Origin: a bacterium
Lineage (GTDB): Bacteria; Pseudomonadota; Alphaproteobacteria; Rs-D84
Reading direction: 5' to 3'
NCBI GenBank assembly: GCA_014803525.1
Contig: JAAVBP010000009.1
Coordinates: 5,995-69,994, forward strand
Length of the DNA stretch: 64,000 nt
Shown here: positions 20,401-28,707 of the stretch, one piece after another
Position numbering within the stretch: the stretch's first letter is position 1
Layout of the letters: every line of letters starts with the position of its first letter
The notes under the pieces: model-generated
Database searches by the model: none
Seen by the model: the letters and a program-made list of their open reading frames with translations, nothing else
What the model was told of the DNA's origin: nothing
Program-made: the position numbers and the translations under genes

Positions 20401-22371
20401 CCCGGTTGCCACAGTCAACACCACGCCAGCCGTCGCACCTGCTGCAATAATCAACAATTGTTCGTTGTTTTGTAAATCTTTTGCATCCTCAGCACTGGGC
20501 ATACGACAAACCTCGCCATCCCAATATATAGTTTTACATTTTGCACATGTTGCAGCATTTGTTGCCATTAACCTGTTGCACGCCTCCTTGCCCAGGTACA
20601 TACATTCGCGACCGTTATACTGGCCCCCTAGCACCTTGCAATCTATATTTTGCAGACTGCCTTTGTGCAGAGCGTTCTCAAATTCCGACATATCGTCAAA
20701 TACAAAGTCAACCTCTTGATTGCCATTAATAGTGCAACGCAACACATCATCCGTGGACCCCTTGACACTATGCCCTTCAATCTTTGACATTTGACGTGGG
20801 TTTTGAACACAAGAAAAGCTTTTTACGCCACTTTTAACGTTCTGTACATATTTACGCAAACTGCCCTCTATTGTTGGGACCGCCTGAAACTGGATAGCAC
20901 CGGAATAAAAATAATACGAATCAATGCCCGGGATTTCTTTGATTTTATTCTTGCCGCCGCTGTCACCGCCAATTGTAACAAAGACACACTTTCCATTTTC
21001 CCACTTTACGTTATACCCAAGCTTTTTAGCGGTTTTTGCGAAGTTACCATTACACGTTGCAGCAGATATTTTTGTACACTCATTTATCCCCACGCCGCCA
21101 TATATTCCATGGCAAATTGAATACATTACCGATGTCTGAATCATTCCATCAAAAGATTCCTTCACATCATCGAATTTAAATTCGTAATAAACCACCCCGT
21201 CTGTTGTAGCGCATTTTATATAATCGTCATTCCAACTGGTTCGACGATCATTTTGACATACAATTGTATTGCCGTGTTTTACCCGCGCATATTCCTGGGC
21301 TAGTGCAATCGCCTGCATTATCTGAATATTTGTGCTGGAAAAGGCATCAGTTATGCAATATTCTTTCTTGCCGGTTTTGCCTTTGTCTGCACCACAAACC
21401 GCGCGATACATATTACTGTGCTGAAATTCGTCTGTTCCTGGATTACAGACACACTGGTTCTTTGAATGCTGAATAATACTGCCTGTATGTTTACAGTTAT
21501 TTGTATTTGCGTGTTGCTTGCAAAACGCAGTACACAACGCTAATGTATTATTTTGCGATGTTTCCGGATGCATACTGGTGGGACATGCAACGTTTTTGGC
21601 AGCACGCGCCATAGATTCCTTGGCTGCATCAACCTCTGTCGTTTGGGCGTTACAGATACATTCTTTGGTACTGTGCCGCATAACAACATTTGTCACCGCA
21701 CAATTTTCGCGTGTACCCTTGGCCTTGCAAAAGTCGAGACATTTAGCAGATGTATTATTGTCTTTGTTTTCTTTGTGTATGCTGCGCGCACAAAGTGGTG
21801 TTCCAACGGGTATAGGCGTATTGCACGCGCCACCACGCAAGTCATAATTTCCTTTGCACACCAACGCCATACAGGTACAACTGTAACTTTCGTTACGTTG
21901 AAATACAACCTCGCCCATGGCGATATGCGAAGAAGTACATATATCCCCAACACGGGTTTTATCTGTAATAGAGCTTAATTTGTTCGGATTTTTACCATTT
22001 TCATCCAATCCAGGACAAAATCCACCAAGCGCATTTTCATCTACTTCATTGCCGGTATTATTCAACAGTGCCGTCACAAAATTCCGACAGGTTTCAAAGC
22101 CGTTTGCGTGATATGTATTCAGGCCACCCGCACGGCATATTGCAAACAGGTCTGCGATTGATACGGCACCAGTTTCCGGATTCATCAATGTAATATACTT
22201 TTGCGCCATTGCTATCTGACGTTTATCATCAGTAATAAAATCCGGTATCGTAGCCGCCAGATTTTCAGCCGTAAATATATATTTTTGTTCGGCATCCGCA
22301 TAAGTCTTGGGCGCACCAAATGCCGACACTATCATAATCAGTGATAAAAACGCCAGGGCTATTTTCTTCAT
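17449..22371 (-). CDS. Giant secreted/surface multidomain protein (1640 aa) with a Cys-rich N-terminal part, a Gly/Ala-rich hydrophobic segment, about 20 KAEEAR repeats and a tandemly duplicated ~280-aa C-terminal domain
   Basis: Signal peptide MKKIALAFLSLIMIVSAFGAPKTYA. Two ~55-aa Cys modules (C..FCK.....NC...CNxxT.E). Hydrophobic LLIIAAGATAGVVLTVATGGAGAPALALLAV. C-terminal domain A (~aa 1000..1290) and domain B (~aa 1400..1646) share GDFAV, IVIAMTRxDA.AQGL, GDIHGxPVYIESL, ICMVKVGD, PFYISTGTAGKT, PTGKWEFF and GDLRNTE.VLET. The start is set to MKK at 22371; the track ORF starts 6 codons upstream. Confidence 0.8.
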   Translation of the reverse strand: MKKIALAFLSLIMIVSAFGAPKTYADAEQKYIFTAENLAATIPDFITDDKRQIAMAQKYITLMNPETGAVSIADLFAICRAGGLNTYHANGFETCRNFVTALLNNTGNEVDENALGGFCPGLDENGKNPNKLSSITDKTRVGDICTSSHIAMGEVVFQRNESYSCTCMALVCKGNYDLRGGACNTPIPVGTPLCARSIHKENKDNNTSAKCLDFCKAKGTRENCAVTNVVMRHSTKECICNAQTTEVDAAKESMARAAKNVACPTSMHPETSQNNTLALCTAFCKQHANTNNCKHTGSIIQHSKNQCVCNPGTDEFQHSNMYRAVCGADKGKTGKKEYCITDAFSSTNIQIMQAIALAQEYARVKHGNTIVCQNDRRTSWNDDYIKCATTDGVVYYEFKFDDVKESFDGMIQTSVMYSICHGIYGGVGINECTKISAATCNGNFAKTAKKLGYNVKWENGKCVFVTIGGDSGGKNKIKEIPGIDSYYFYSGAIQFQAVPTIEGSLRKYVQNVKSGVKSFSCVQNPRQMSKIEGHSVKGSTDDVLRCTINGNQEVDFVFDDMSEFENALHKGSLQNIDCKVLGGQYNGRECMYLGKEACNRLMATNAATCAKCKTIYWDGEVCRMPSAEDAKDLQNNEQLLIIAAGATAGVVLTVATGGAGAPALALLAVETAGAAIEFEATRRMQNAGDEFLAESRKCNDASCAESMLKRDLQRMADLANDLPDAVVNGIDNELARLAGLIQPNSRFYKDLMKNGTSTGANNKGMSSWQPEEIWRAVGLTLQLASIIKSVVSWGVKKLPRATAALRNGGRGAAGAASHADDTVRAASRAGDVADNANAVNNAETAVVAERQADDVSKAHRESEVATDARKAEEARKAEEARKAEEARKAEEARKAEEARKAEEARKAEEARKAEEARKAEEARKAEEARKAEEARKAEEARKAEEARKAEEARKAEEARKAEEARKAEEARKAEEARKAEEARKAENPVVLSREFIKDEIAELGPVNKVYEGHNVYISAPASNVDASDAVRHIRAKGDFAVSLNTEGASNADEIVIAMTRADAEAQGLAVNGNKLVRKISNSNLTTLNSKIGQTLGDIHGTPVYIESLNDVGVISGRPICMVKVGDRKIPFYISTGTAGKTDIPTGKWEFFAGIDPKSGWFNKGYLDDILNHYGSEELKQIATMLDDKIGDLRNTEYVLETLGRQSLGGRGPVAVIENFRSISVEEVNRYMKITPGRNYQFISNTDDITNYLSGLKSANRATNTSLDNMSARTGLNDLFESAANQNSAGVRQFRKAVASEEEADKIVARLQAQNIYAGKIQRGNQYMVAIVEDSASYESLLPFIQKPKYSAGATKSATATTVKPANNAPSPNRQIIENRLARAGPINKTYADQNVYISSPMRASTAETMANITFAKGDFAVALDTLGYGESSPHIVIAMTRDDAIAQGLNIRGRTLTRTISNPNLASLESKIGRTLGDIHGRPVYIESLSDVGAIHGRAICMVKVGDIKLPFYISTGTAGKTNVPTGKWEFFGGIGRDGWFNKGGDDIIRHYDSVELKQIANILDSEVGDLRNTEMVLETMGRESLGGQGIVATLNDFKSIDINDINKYFPYAPQTHADGGLGGFRNNLAFIKQYLRQLK
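19407..19771 (-). repeat. Coding 18-nt tandem repeat, about 20 copies, translating to (KAEEAR)n
   Basis: GCTTTGCGAGCTTCTTCA-type units with synonymous wobble variation inside the giant ORF. The plus-strand ORFs 19115..20131 and 19174..20037 are antisense artefacts of this repeat. Confidence 0.9.
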
Positions 22372-23324
22372 TTCAATACCCCCGTGCATTTTTCAGCGAT
22401 GGTTGCCACTTTCTTTATCGCGCTGATTTGCGTTGCATTAAATACCGTCGCCGTCGCGGATGCCACCGTGGTTGCACCAGACAGGACATTTGCCGCCGTG
22501 TTTAGATTTTTTTCTTTCTGTTTGCCCGCATCCGTATTATCGTTGCGCGTTTTATCCGTATTTGCGATTGCCGATGTTACCGTACCCGCCGCACCGGTTG
22601 TTGCGCCGACAATCGATGATATCATCGCACCTTTGGCCCGATTGTTTATCTTTGACACATCAACATAATCGTATTCAGCGCAGGCAGCGATAATCTCTTG
22701 CGCCTCTGATACGTCTTCGCCATTGACGCGTGCCTGCATCATAGACTGGCGCAGCTGACTTACCGACGCTTTGCAATCATCAATTTGCGCCTTTAAATCC
22801 TTATCGACCTTATTATTTCCGGCGATAATCGCGCCCGCCACATTGGTCGCAGTACTGCCCGCAATCAGGCCAGTTCGCCAATTACCCAGACGCTTTGATT
22901 GTTTGGTCAGTTTTTCAATTTCATCTTCGATGTCCCGCTTTTCGTCTTTGTTGGCGTCATAGTAATCTTGCATCCGGGCCAATATTTCCGCCCGATTGAT
23001 TTCCGGTGTCGGATTTCCGCGTGTTATTTCTTTTAATTTTTCCAACTCTTTTTCAAGATTTGCAATTTGTTTATCTTTGTTCACCTTTACAATACCAACA
23101 ACGGTTGCACCCGCACCGGCCGCCGTACCAACCGCAGTCACCGCCGTGTTTATTCCAGCCATCTTTTTCAAATCGGCTAATTCATCATCAATGCCAACAC
23201 ATGCAGTATATGTCGCCCGCAACGCATCATCCAATGACAAAATATCAGCATGCGCAACAAGCGGCATAAAACAACACAATAAAGCAACGAAACGCTCTCT
23301 CATTTTTCCCTGGCCGACTGGCAC
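22368..23324 (-). CDS. Secreted coiled-coil protein with four Gly/Ala/Thr-rich hydrophobic segments
   Basis: Signal peptide MRERFVALLCCFMPLVAHA. Segments AVTAVGTAAGAGATVVGIV, TGLIAGSTATNVAGAIIAG, ISSIVGATTGAAGTVTSAIA and LSGATTVASATATV alternate with charged coiled coils. It lies immediately upstream of the giant gene and its stop overlaps the giant gene's start. Confidence 0.6.
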   Translation of the reverse strand: MPVGQGKMRERFVALLCCFMPLVAHADILSLDDALRATYTACVGIDDELADLKKMAGINTAVTAVGTAAGAGATVVGIVKVNKDKQIANLEKELEKLKEITRGNPTPEINRAEILARMQDYYDANKDEKRDIEDEIEKLTKQSKRLGNWRTGLIAGSTATNVAGAIIAGNNKVDKDLKAQIDDCKASVSQLRQSMMQARVNGEDVSEAQEIIAACAEYDYVDVSKINNRAKGAMISSIVGATTGAAGTVTSAIANTDKTRNDNTDAGKQKEKNLNTAANVLSGATTVASATATVFNATQISAIKKVATIAEKCTGVLK

Positions 23325-23406
23325 ATCTATACGAAGGGATTGTTGTAATATTAAATGGGTTGATTTTCCGACTTTTTTTGTTTATAATTTTGGAACAATA
23401 AAAGGT

Positions 23407-24003
23407 TCATATTTTTGAAACAAGGAACCTGGTTATCGTCGGTGGACTGACCCGAATTTTACGTGCAATTTCCCGCTTTGATACACCTGCCGCATACATA
23501 TCCAGAATTAAATTCTCGTGTCCATCTAATATATGGGTCGGATTACGCCCGCCCGCCGGTCGCCCCAGTTTTACACCCCGCATTTGCAGGACGGATAGTG
23601 CCTCCTTGGTTCGCTGGGCGATTAAATTTCTCTCTATTTCTGCGGACAGGCCGAATGCAAACGCTAAAACCTTTGACTGAATATTGTCCCCCAATTCATA
23701 CCCATCTTTGACCGTGTACAGGCGTGCGCCAATTTTCATACAATGTTCCAAAATCCGCATAATCATGAACATCTTTCGCCCAAGACGCGACAGTTCGCTG
23801 CATATTATCACGTCACCCGGTTGCAATCGGCGCAGCATACCACCTAGCGCACGTTCCTCTGGCTCTTTTGTCCCAGATATGCCGGAATCTTCTATATATT
23901 TATCTATGCAAATTCCCAGTTTCGCGGCTTTCGCCTCTATCCCTAGTTTTTGATTTGCGCAGTCTTGTTTGTCGGTTGAAACCCGAATATAGCCATATAT
24001 CAT
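23407..24003 (-). CDS. Small serine recombinase (resolvase/invertase, Hin/TnpR type)
   Basis: MIYGYIRVSTDKQ catalytic serine motif. SELSRLGRKMFMIMRILEHC. C-terminal HTH. About 60% identical to the 57479..58114 protein. Confidence 0.85.
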   Translation of the reverse strand: MIYGYIRVSTDKQDCANQKLGIEAKAAKLGICIDKYIEDSGISGTKEPEERALGGMLRRLQPGDVIICSELSRLGRKMFMIMRILEHCMKIGARLYTVKDGYELGDNIQSKVLAFAFGLSAEIERNLIAQRTKEALSVLQMRGVKLGRPAGGRNPTHILDGHENLILDMYAAGVSKREIARKIRVSPPTITRFLVSKI

Positions 24004-24449
24004 TCAGTGCTCCTTTTATTATCAAATCCAAAGAAATGGTTGCCGGACATTTTGTGGCCGCATATTTCTGTCGCAATCGCCGACAATGTTGAATAAGGCT
24101 TGCCGTTATATGTAAACCTATCATCTGCCAGAACGCGCACGACATGTTCCGTACCACGGAACTTTTTCACTAATTCAGTTCCTGGCTTTAAATGATATTT
24201 AACCTTGTGCGAGCGTCCGCTATATAACTCCGGATCCTTGGCATATTTGTACAAGCGGCTCAAATGTCGTGATTCTATTTTGTATCCCATTTGTTCGCAT
24301 TGAATTTTGTGCCATAAAGGTTTCATCTGGGGCTTGCCGCCAGTAAAGTAATGTCCCCATAATTGCGTTATCTTTTCCTTAGGCATCGCCCGTAAATCCG
24401 CCATATTTTTAGGCAATTCGCCGCAATATTTTCTTAATGCCATAGCCAT
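24000..24449 (-). CDS. Hypothetical protein translationally coupled to the resolvase (possibly a DUF2924-type recombinase partner)
   Basis: 149 aa. Its stop overlaps the resolvase start (ATGA). Ribosome-binding site AAAAGGAC. The DUF assignment is from memory of the recombinase-adjacent family, not verified. Confidence 0.45.
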   Translation of the reverse strand: MAMALRKYCGELPKNMADLRAMPKEKITQLWGHYFTGGKPQMKPLWHKIQCEQMGYKIESRHLSRLYKYAKDPELYSGRSHKVKYHLKPGTELVKKFRGTEHVVRVLADDRFTYNGKPYSTLSAIATEICGHKMSGNHFFGFDNKRSTE

Positions 24450-24559
24450 GTCCTTTTTGTTGCAATTACTGCTTACGTCGCCCCATAAGTCAAGTTAATA
24501 AACCACTGGACTTCTCTCGCTTTGTAAGCACTAATGCCAGCACCCAAGAGGAAAAAAAC

Positions 24560-26191
24560 ATGCAAATTGTTAACTGTGCCGTATATGTTAGAAAATCCAG
24601 CGAACGCGGATTAGACCAAGAATTCAACAGTCTGGACAACCAGGAATTGGCCTGTAAATCATATATCGCATCCCAAACATTCCAAGGATGGCAGTATTTC
24701 AAAACATATAGCGATGGCGGTATCTCTGGCGGGACAATGGCGCGACCGGGGCTGCAAGAAATGCTGAGTGATATAAAAACAGGCAAGATTCAATGCGTAT
24801 TGGTGTATAAAATTGACCGCCTGTCACGCAGCATTTATGACTTTAAGAGCATGATGAAAAAGGATTTTGAACCACATAACTGCAATCTGGTCAGCATTAC
24901 ACAGAGTTTTGACACAAACACAGCCATGGGGAAATTGACACTGAACATGCTACTGTCGTTTGCAGAGTTTGAACGAGAGGTTGCCAGTGAACGCGTCCGT
25001 GATAAAATGCGCGCAACTAAATCAAAAGGCCTGTGGGTCGGTGGGGTGCCGCCGCTGGGCTATGACGTACAATTTGGAAAATTGGTTCCAAATGAAACCG
25101 AGGTTCCATTGGTCAAAACCATATTTGAAACGTATCTAAACAGCACCGGTATACTGGACTGCCGCAATCGTATTGCCGCACTTGGCATTCGGGGCAAAGC
25201 CTGGCAAACCCGAAAAGGCGAAATGCGTGGTGGCCGGGAAATGACCGCGAATATCATTGAACGGGTTTTGAAAAATCAAATTTACCTGGGCAAACTGCCC
25301 AACAAATCAACCGGCGAAGTCTTTGATGGTAAACACCCAGCCATAATCGACAAAACGCTGTTTGACGCAGTCCAAGCTAAAATCCAAGCAAACAACAATC
25401 ACCCAGGTTCCGGATATCGCCTTGGGACGGCATTATTACACAACAAAATACAGACCGCAGACGGAACCATCCTAAAGAATAAATCCGGCCAGAAAAACTA
25501 TAACTCACACCGGCGGTACAGATACTATTACGGTGGCGGCGTATCCCTGCCTATGGGGGATATTGACGCCATTGTAATCGATACAATAAAAAAGTTCCTG
25601 GATTCAGACCTGGGGTGTTTTAATGATGAGAAACGACTATGCTTCAAACAAACCGCGTTTTCACCAGAGCTTATCGCCCCAATGATTGCCAAGATTGTGT
25701 ATTATTGCCAAAAACTGGTAATATTTATAAACATTGCAGACCTAGGATACCTGACCCAATTCCGCAACACAGGTCCTATAAATACAAATAACCATCCAAT
25801 GCCGTGTGCTATATCGGCCGATGGAAAATACGCCATAATTGAGACAGACGTTATTATATCCAGTCGAACATGCATAAACCATCGAAACAGTGGCGGCAGT
25901 CGGGATTTATTAACCAAAACCGAAAACGCAACAATGTTAATCAAGGCCCTGGGATACGCATGGAAATACAAGCAACAATACGAAAGCGGAACCGGAATTC
26001 GTGAACTGGCCGAAACAGAAAAACGCGACCAGCGCACGATTTACAAATACTTAAATCTGGCATACCTGTCGCCACGGATTATCAATGATATCATGGACAG
26101 CAAAATCCCACCCCACATCAACCTGCAGACCTTGTTCCAGATTGCAAGTAAGTATGATAATTTCGCGGAACAGGAACGGGAGTTTTATTAA
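24560..26191 (+). CDS. Large serine recombinase
   Basis: Resolvase-type N-terminal domain (VYVRKSSERGLDQEFNSLDNQ, DRLSRS). Recombinase domain GLWVGGVPPLGYDV. Long C-terminal extension. GAGGAAAAAAAC ribosome-binding site. Divergent from the resolvase pair. Confidence 0.85.
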   Translation: MQIVNCAVYVRKSSERGLDQEFNSLDNQELACKSYIASQTFQGWQYFKTYSDGGISGGTMARPGLQEMLSDIKTGKIQCVLVYKIDRLSRSIYDFKSMMKKDFEPHNCNLVSITQSFDTNTAMGKLTLNMLLSFAEFEREVASERVRDKMRATKSKGLWVGGVPPLGYDVQFGKLVPNETEVPLVKTIFETYLNSTGILDCRNRIAALGIRGKAWQTRKGEMRGGREMTANIIERVLKNQIYLGKLPNKSTGEVFDGKHPAIIDKTLFDAVQAKIQANNNHPGSGYRLGTALLHNKIQTADGTILKNKSGQKNYNSHRRYRYYYGGGVSLPMGDIDAIVIDTIKKFLDSDLGCFNDEKRLCFKQTAFSPELIAPMIAKIVYYCQKLVIFINIADLGYLTQFRNTGPINTNNHPMPCAISADGKYAIIETDVIISSRTCINHRNSGGSRDLLTKTENATMLIKALGYAWKYKQQYESGTGIRELAETEKRDQRTIYKYLNLAYLSPRIINDIMDSKIPPHINLQTLFQIASKYDNFAEQEREFY

Positions 26192-26496
26192 CTCTTGAGA
26201 TTGGACTTTATAAAATCAATAACACGCGTTTTATATTCGTCATCACCATTTAAAACACTGATATTTAGCCGTGTATCAAAATTTGTCTCAGCCGAGCCTT
26301 CTTGCACATCAACAACCCTTATTACAACCTCTGGTTTCACCCCTGTTTCATCCTGGTAAGTCAACGCCAACTGCTTGGCCCTTTCATTAAGTTTGTTCTC
26401 TATTATTGACGGATTTTGCTTTATTTTTTGTTTTGCTGCATTCAGTATATCTTTTTCTATTTTTTTTGAATCAAATTTTGTTGTAACTTTAAACAT
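26188..26496 (-). CDS. Hypothetical small protein (102 aa), convergent with and overlapping the large serine recombinase
   Basis: AGGAGAAAAC ribosome-binding site 6 nt before ATG (MFKVTTKFDS). Lys/Glu-rich. No recognised domain. Confidence 0.45.
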   Translation of the reverse strand: MFKVTTKFDSKKIEKDILNAAKQKIKQNPSIIENKLNERAKQLALTYQDETGVKPEVVIRVVDVQEGSAETNFDTRLNISVLNGDDEYKTRVIDFIKSNLKS

Positions 26497-26713
26497 GTTT
26501 TCTCCTATATTTATCACGGTACATATAGGTATTTGAGCTAACATTTTCAACCCCAATTGACTCCGCGAAAATGGGCATTGTATACCTTCTGGTATATTAT
26601 GGGCAGATTTGCGTATATTCGGTGAATACCAGAGTCAATGCATTTCGCAAATGCCCGCGTTTTGCGGCGGACACATAAAAAAAGCCGCGACAATGCGCGA
26701 CCTTTCTAATTAC

Positions 26714-26790
26714 TGGTCGGGGCGACATGATTCGAACATGCGACATCTTGCTCCCAAAGCAAGCACTCTACCAGACTGAGCTACGCCCCG
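26714..26790 (-). tRNA. tRNA-Pro (anticodon TGG), CCA encoded
   Basis: Minus-strand cloverleaf: CGGGGCG acceptor, D arm, anticodon stem CTTGC/GCAAG with loop TTTGGGA, T arm GCATG-TTCGAAT-CATGT, acceptor CGCCCCG, then A and CCA. Confidence 0.9.
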
Positions 26791-26887
26791 AAACAGAACC
26801 GATTATAACAAGTTTTTTCTAAAATGCAAATATTTAGCGCGATTTTATGCTTGTCTATAAATATAAAACTGTACTATCATATAATCG

Positions 26888-27874
26888 ATGGTAAGGATTG
26901 TCTGCTTTTTTACATTGATAATATCGTCTATTGCGCCGGTGATGGCCGTGACCGCACGCAATACCAGCGCACGCAGCGCAACCGCTTCACCTGCCGCCGC
27001 ATACAATTACAATTATATGTATCCATACCTAAACAATCAGATGAAAACGGATTTAAACCCCGGCGTCACACCCGCCCAGGGCAGCAATCCTATCAATGTT
27101 ATAACACGCACGGAAAAACTGTCATCAGATCGACGCGTTGTCCCACGCACCGCACGCAGTGCCACAAAAACCGGCACATCCGCAACCACGACACGCAGCG
27201 CCACCCCCACAGGCGGCACAACATATGCCGCACGCAACGCCCAGTCATCATCCACACGTCGCGTCGTCGCACGCAGTGGCACAGCATCCGCCCCAATACG
27301 CAGTACACGCACCGACGCAAGCAAGGTCCAAGCCATCACAAACAACATTAACACCAATGTGTATACCACCACAGACACAGCAATATCGTCCGCCAGATGC
27401 TTGGCAGACTATATAGAATGCATGAACGGGTATTGCGCACGCGAAAAAACGGCATATAACCGTTGCTATTGCAGCACAAAATTGACCCAGATAGACGCCC
27501 AATACCAGCCGGCCATAGATAGCCTAATAAAACAGATTTTACAACTGCAGAGTTCGAACACATGGTCCGAAGCCGAAATGAATCAATATTGGATGGATAC
27601 AATCGGCAAATATACAGGTGATAATTCATGGGCAAATCTGGACGAGGCATTAAATATCGACTGGGCCAACACGGAAAGTCGCGTCCGTGGAGCACAGGCA
27701 TTTGCAACCGGCCATGAATATTGTGCCCAGCATTTACGCGGTTGTGCATATATGGCATCAAACATGCGGGACGCATACCGTTCTGAAATCGCGCGCGATT
27801 GCGCATCATATGAATCCGGCCTGATGAAGATTAAAAATGCGGCCGAAAGTATAGTGGAGGCATACAGTGACTAA
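26888..27874 (+). CDS. Secreted hypothetical protein with a Ser/Thr/Arg-rich low-complexity region and a Cys-containing C-terminal domain
   Basis: Signal peptide MVRIVCFFTLIISSIAPVMAVTA. Repeated RSAT/TRSAT motifs. A possible sigma-70 promoter (TTGTCT-17-TACTAT) lies upstream. Confidence 0.55.
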   Translation: MVRIVCFFTLIISSIAPVMAVTARNTSARSATASPAAAYNYNYMYPYLNNQMKTDLNPGVTPAQGSNPINVITRTEKLSSDRRVVPRTARSATKTGTSATTTRSATPTGGTTYAARNAQSSSTRRVVARSGTASAPIRSTRTDASKVQAITNNINTNVYTTTDTAISSARCLADYIECMNGYCAREKTAYNRCYCSTKLTQIDAQYQPAIDSLIKQILQLQSSNTWSEAEMNQYWMDTIGKYTGDNSWANLDEALNIDWANTESRVRGAQAFATGHEYCAQHLRGCAYMASNMRDAYRSEIARDCASYESGLMKIKNAAESIVEAYSD

Positions 27875-28703
27875 ATTTTTAGGTATTGAATATGGACGTG
27901 GCGCAACCGCCAATATAGTAGAAGGCGGCCCAGCATTGGGCCCGGCGGCCGTGCAAAAAATGTTTCCAGATGCAGACTGGACAATTGTAACCGCACCGGA
28001 TGTGTCCGCCGCCGAATGCATGGCAGATCGATTTGGCGATGCATTTGAGGTTCATAAGAAGATATATGCCGCCACACCGCACGGCCATCACATATTGATT
28101 GGCGGCGACCATTCTGTAAACTTTGGACATTTTGTTGCCTTGGCCGATCAAATACCGGACGAAGACCTGTGCCTGGTATATATTGATGCGCATTTGGATA
28201 TACACACCCCAGAAAGTTCAACCGCAGAGGCATCCGGCGCCCCACACGGAACAAATGTTCGCGCAAACCTGGGGATGGGCGATTCGCGTTGGATGACACT
28301 GATGCATAAATTCCCTGCCCTGCGTCCGGAAAACCTGTTTTATTTGGCCAGTCGGTCTTATGAACCATCTGAAATACAATTTGTTCGTGATAATAACATT
28401 TTCATGCGCACAGCCGACATATTACAAAGTGAAGATGATTTGGAAGACGCGATCGCCGAAATTCGTCGTCGCCTGGACGGCCGTCCGTTTGTGGTTTCAT
28501 TTGACTTTGATGCGATCGATCCAAAATATTTCAAGGACGTATTGGTTCCAGAAGATGGTGGTATCAGCATGGATGCCGCACGCAGATTGACGCGCGAGTT
28601 TTCAGATGCGCACAGCTTTGAATTCGTAGAATACGCACCAAACGGTGATGCACCAACCGCCGACGCGGTCCGCGAACTGATTAATATTGTTCTGAAAAAA
28701 TAA
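27867..28703 (+). CDS. Arginase/agmatinase/formiminoglutamase (ureohydrolase) family protein
   Basis: Metal-binding motifs are present in order: GGDHS, DAHLDIHT and SFDFDAIDP. Confidence 0.75.
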   Translation: MTKFLGIEYGRGATANIVEGGPALGPAAVQKMFPDADWTIVTAPDVSAAECMADRFGDAFEVHKKIYAATPHGHHILIGGDHSVNFGHFVALADQIPDEDLCLVYIDAHLDIHTPESSTAEASGAPHGTNVRANLGMGDSRWMTLMHKFPALRPENLFYLASRSYEPSEIQFVRDNNIFMRTADILQSEDDLEDAIAEIRRRLDGRPFVVSFDFDAIDPKYFKDVLVPEDGGISMDAARRLTREFSDAHSFEFVEYAPNGDAPTADAVRELINIVLKK

Positions 28704-28707
28704 AGAA

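Larger units (their letters stand above)
17085..26726. mobile_element. Putative integrated element at tRNA-Pro (~9.6 kb) carrying serine recombinases and a giant secreted protein
   Basis: Direct repeats of the tRNA-Pro 3-prime end occur at both ends. A large serine recombinase lies adjacent to the tRNA. Internally there is a Hin-type resolvase and the cargo genes. Confidence 0.4.
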
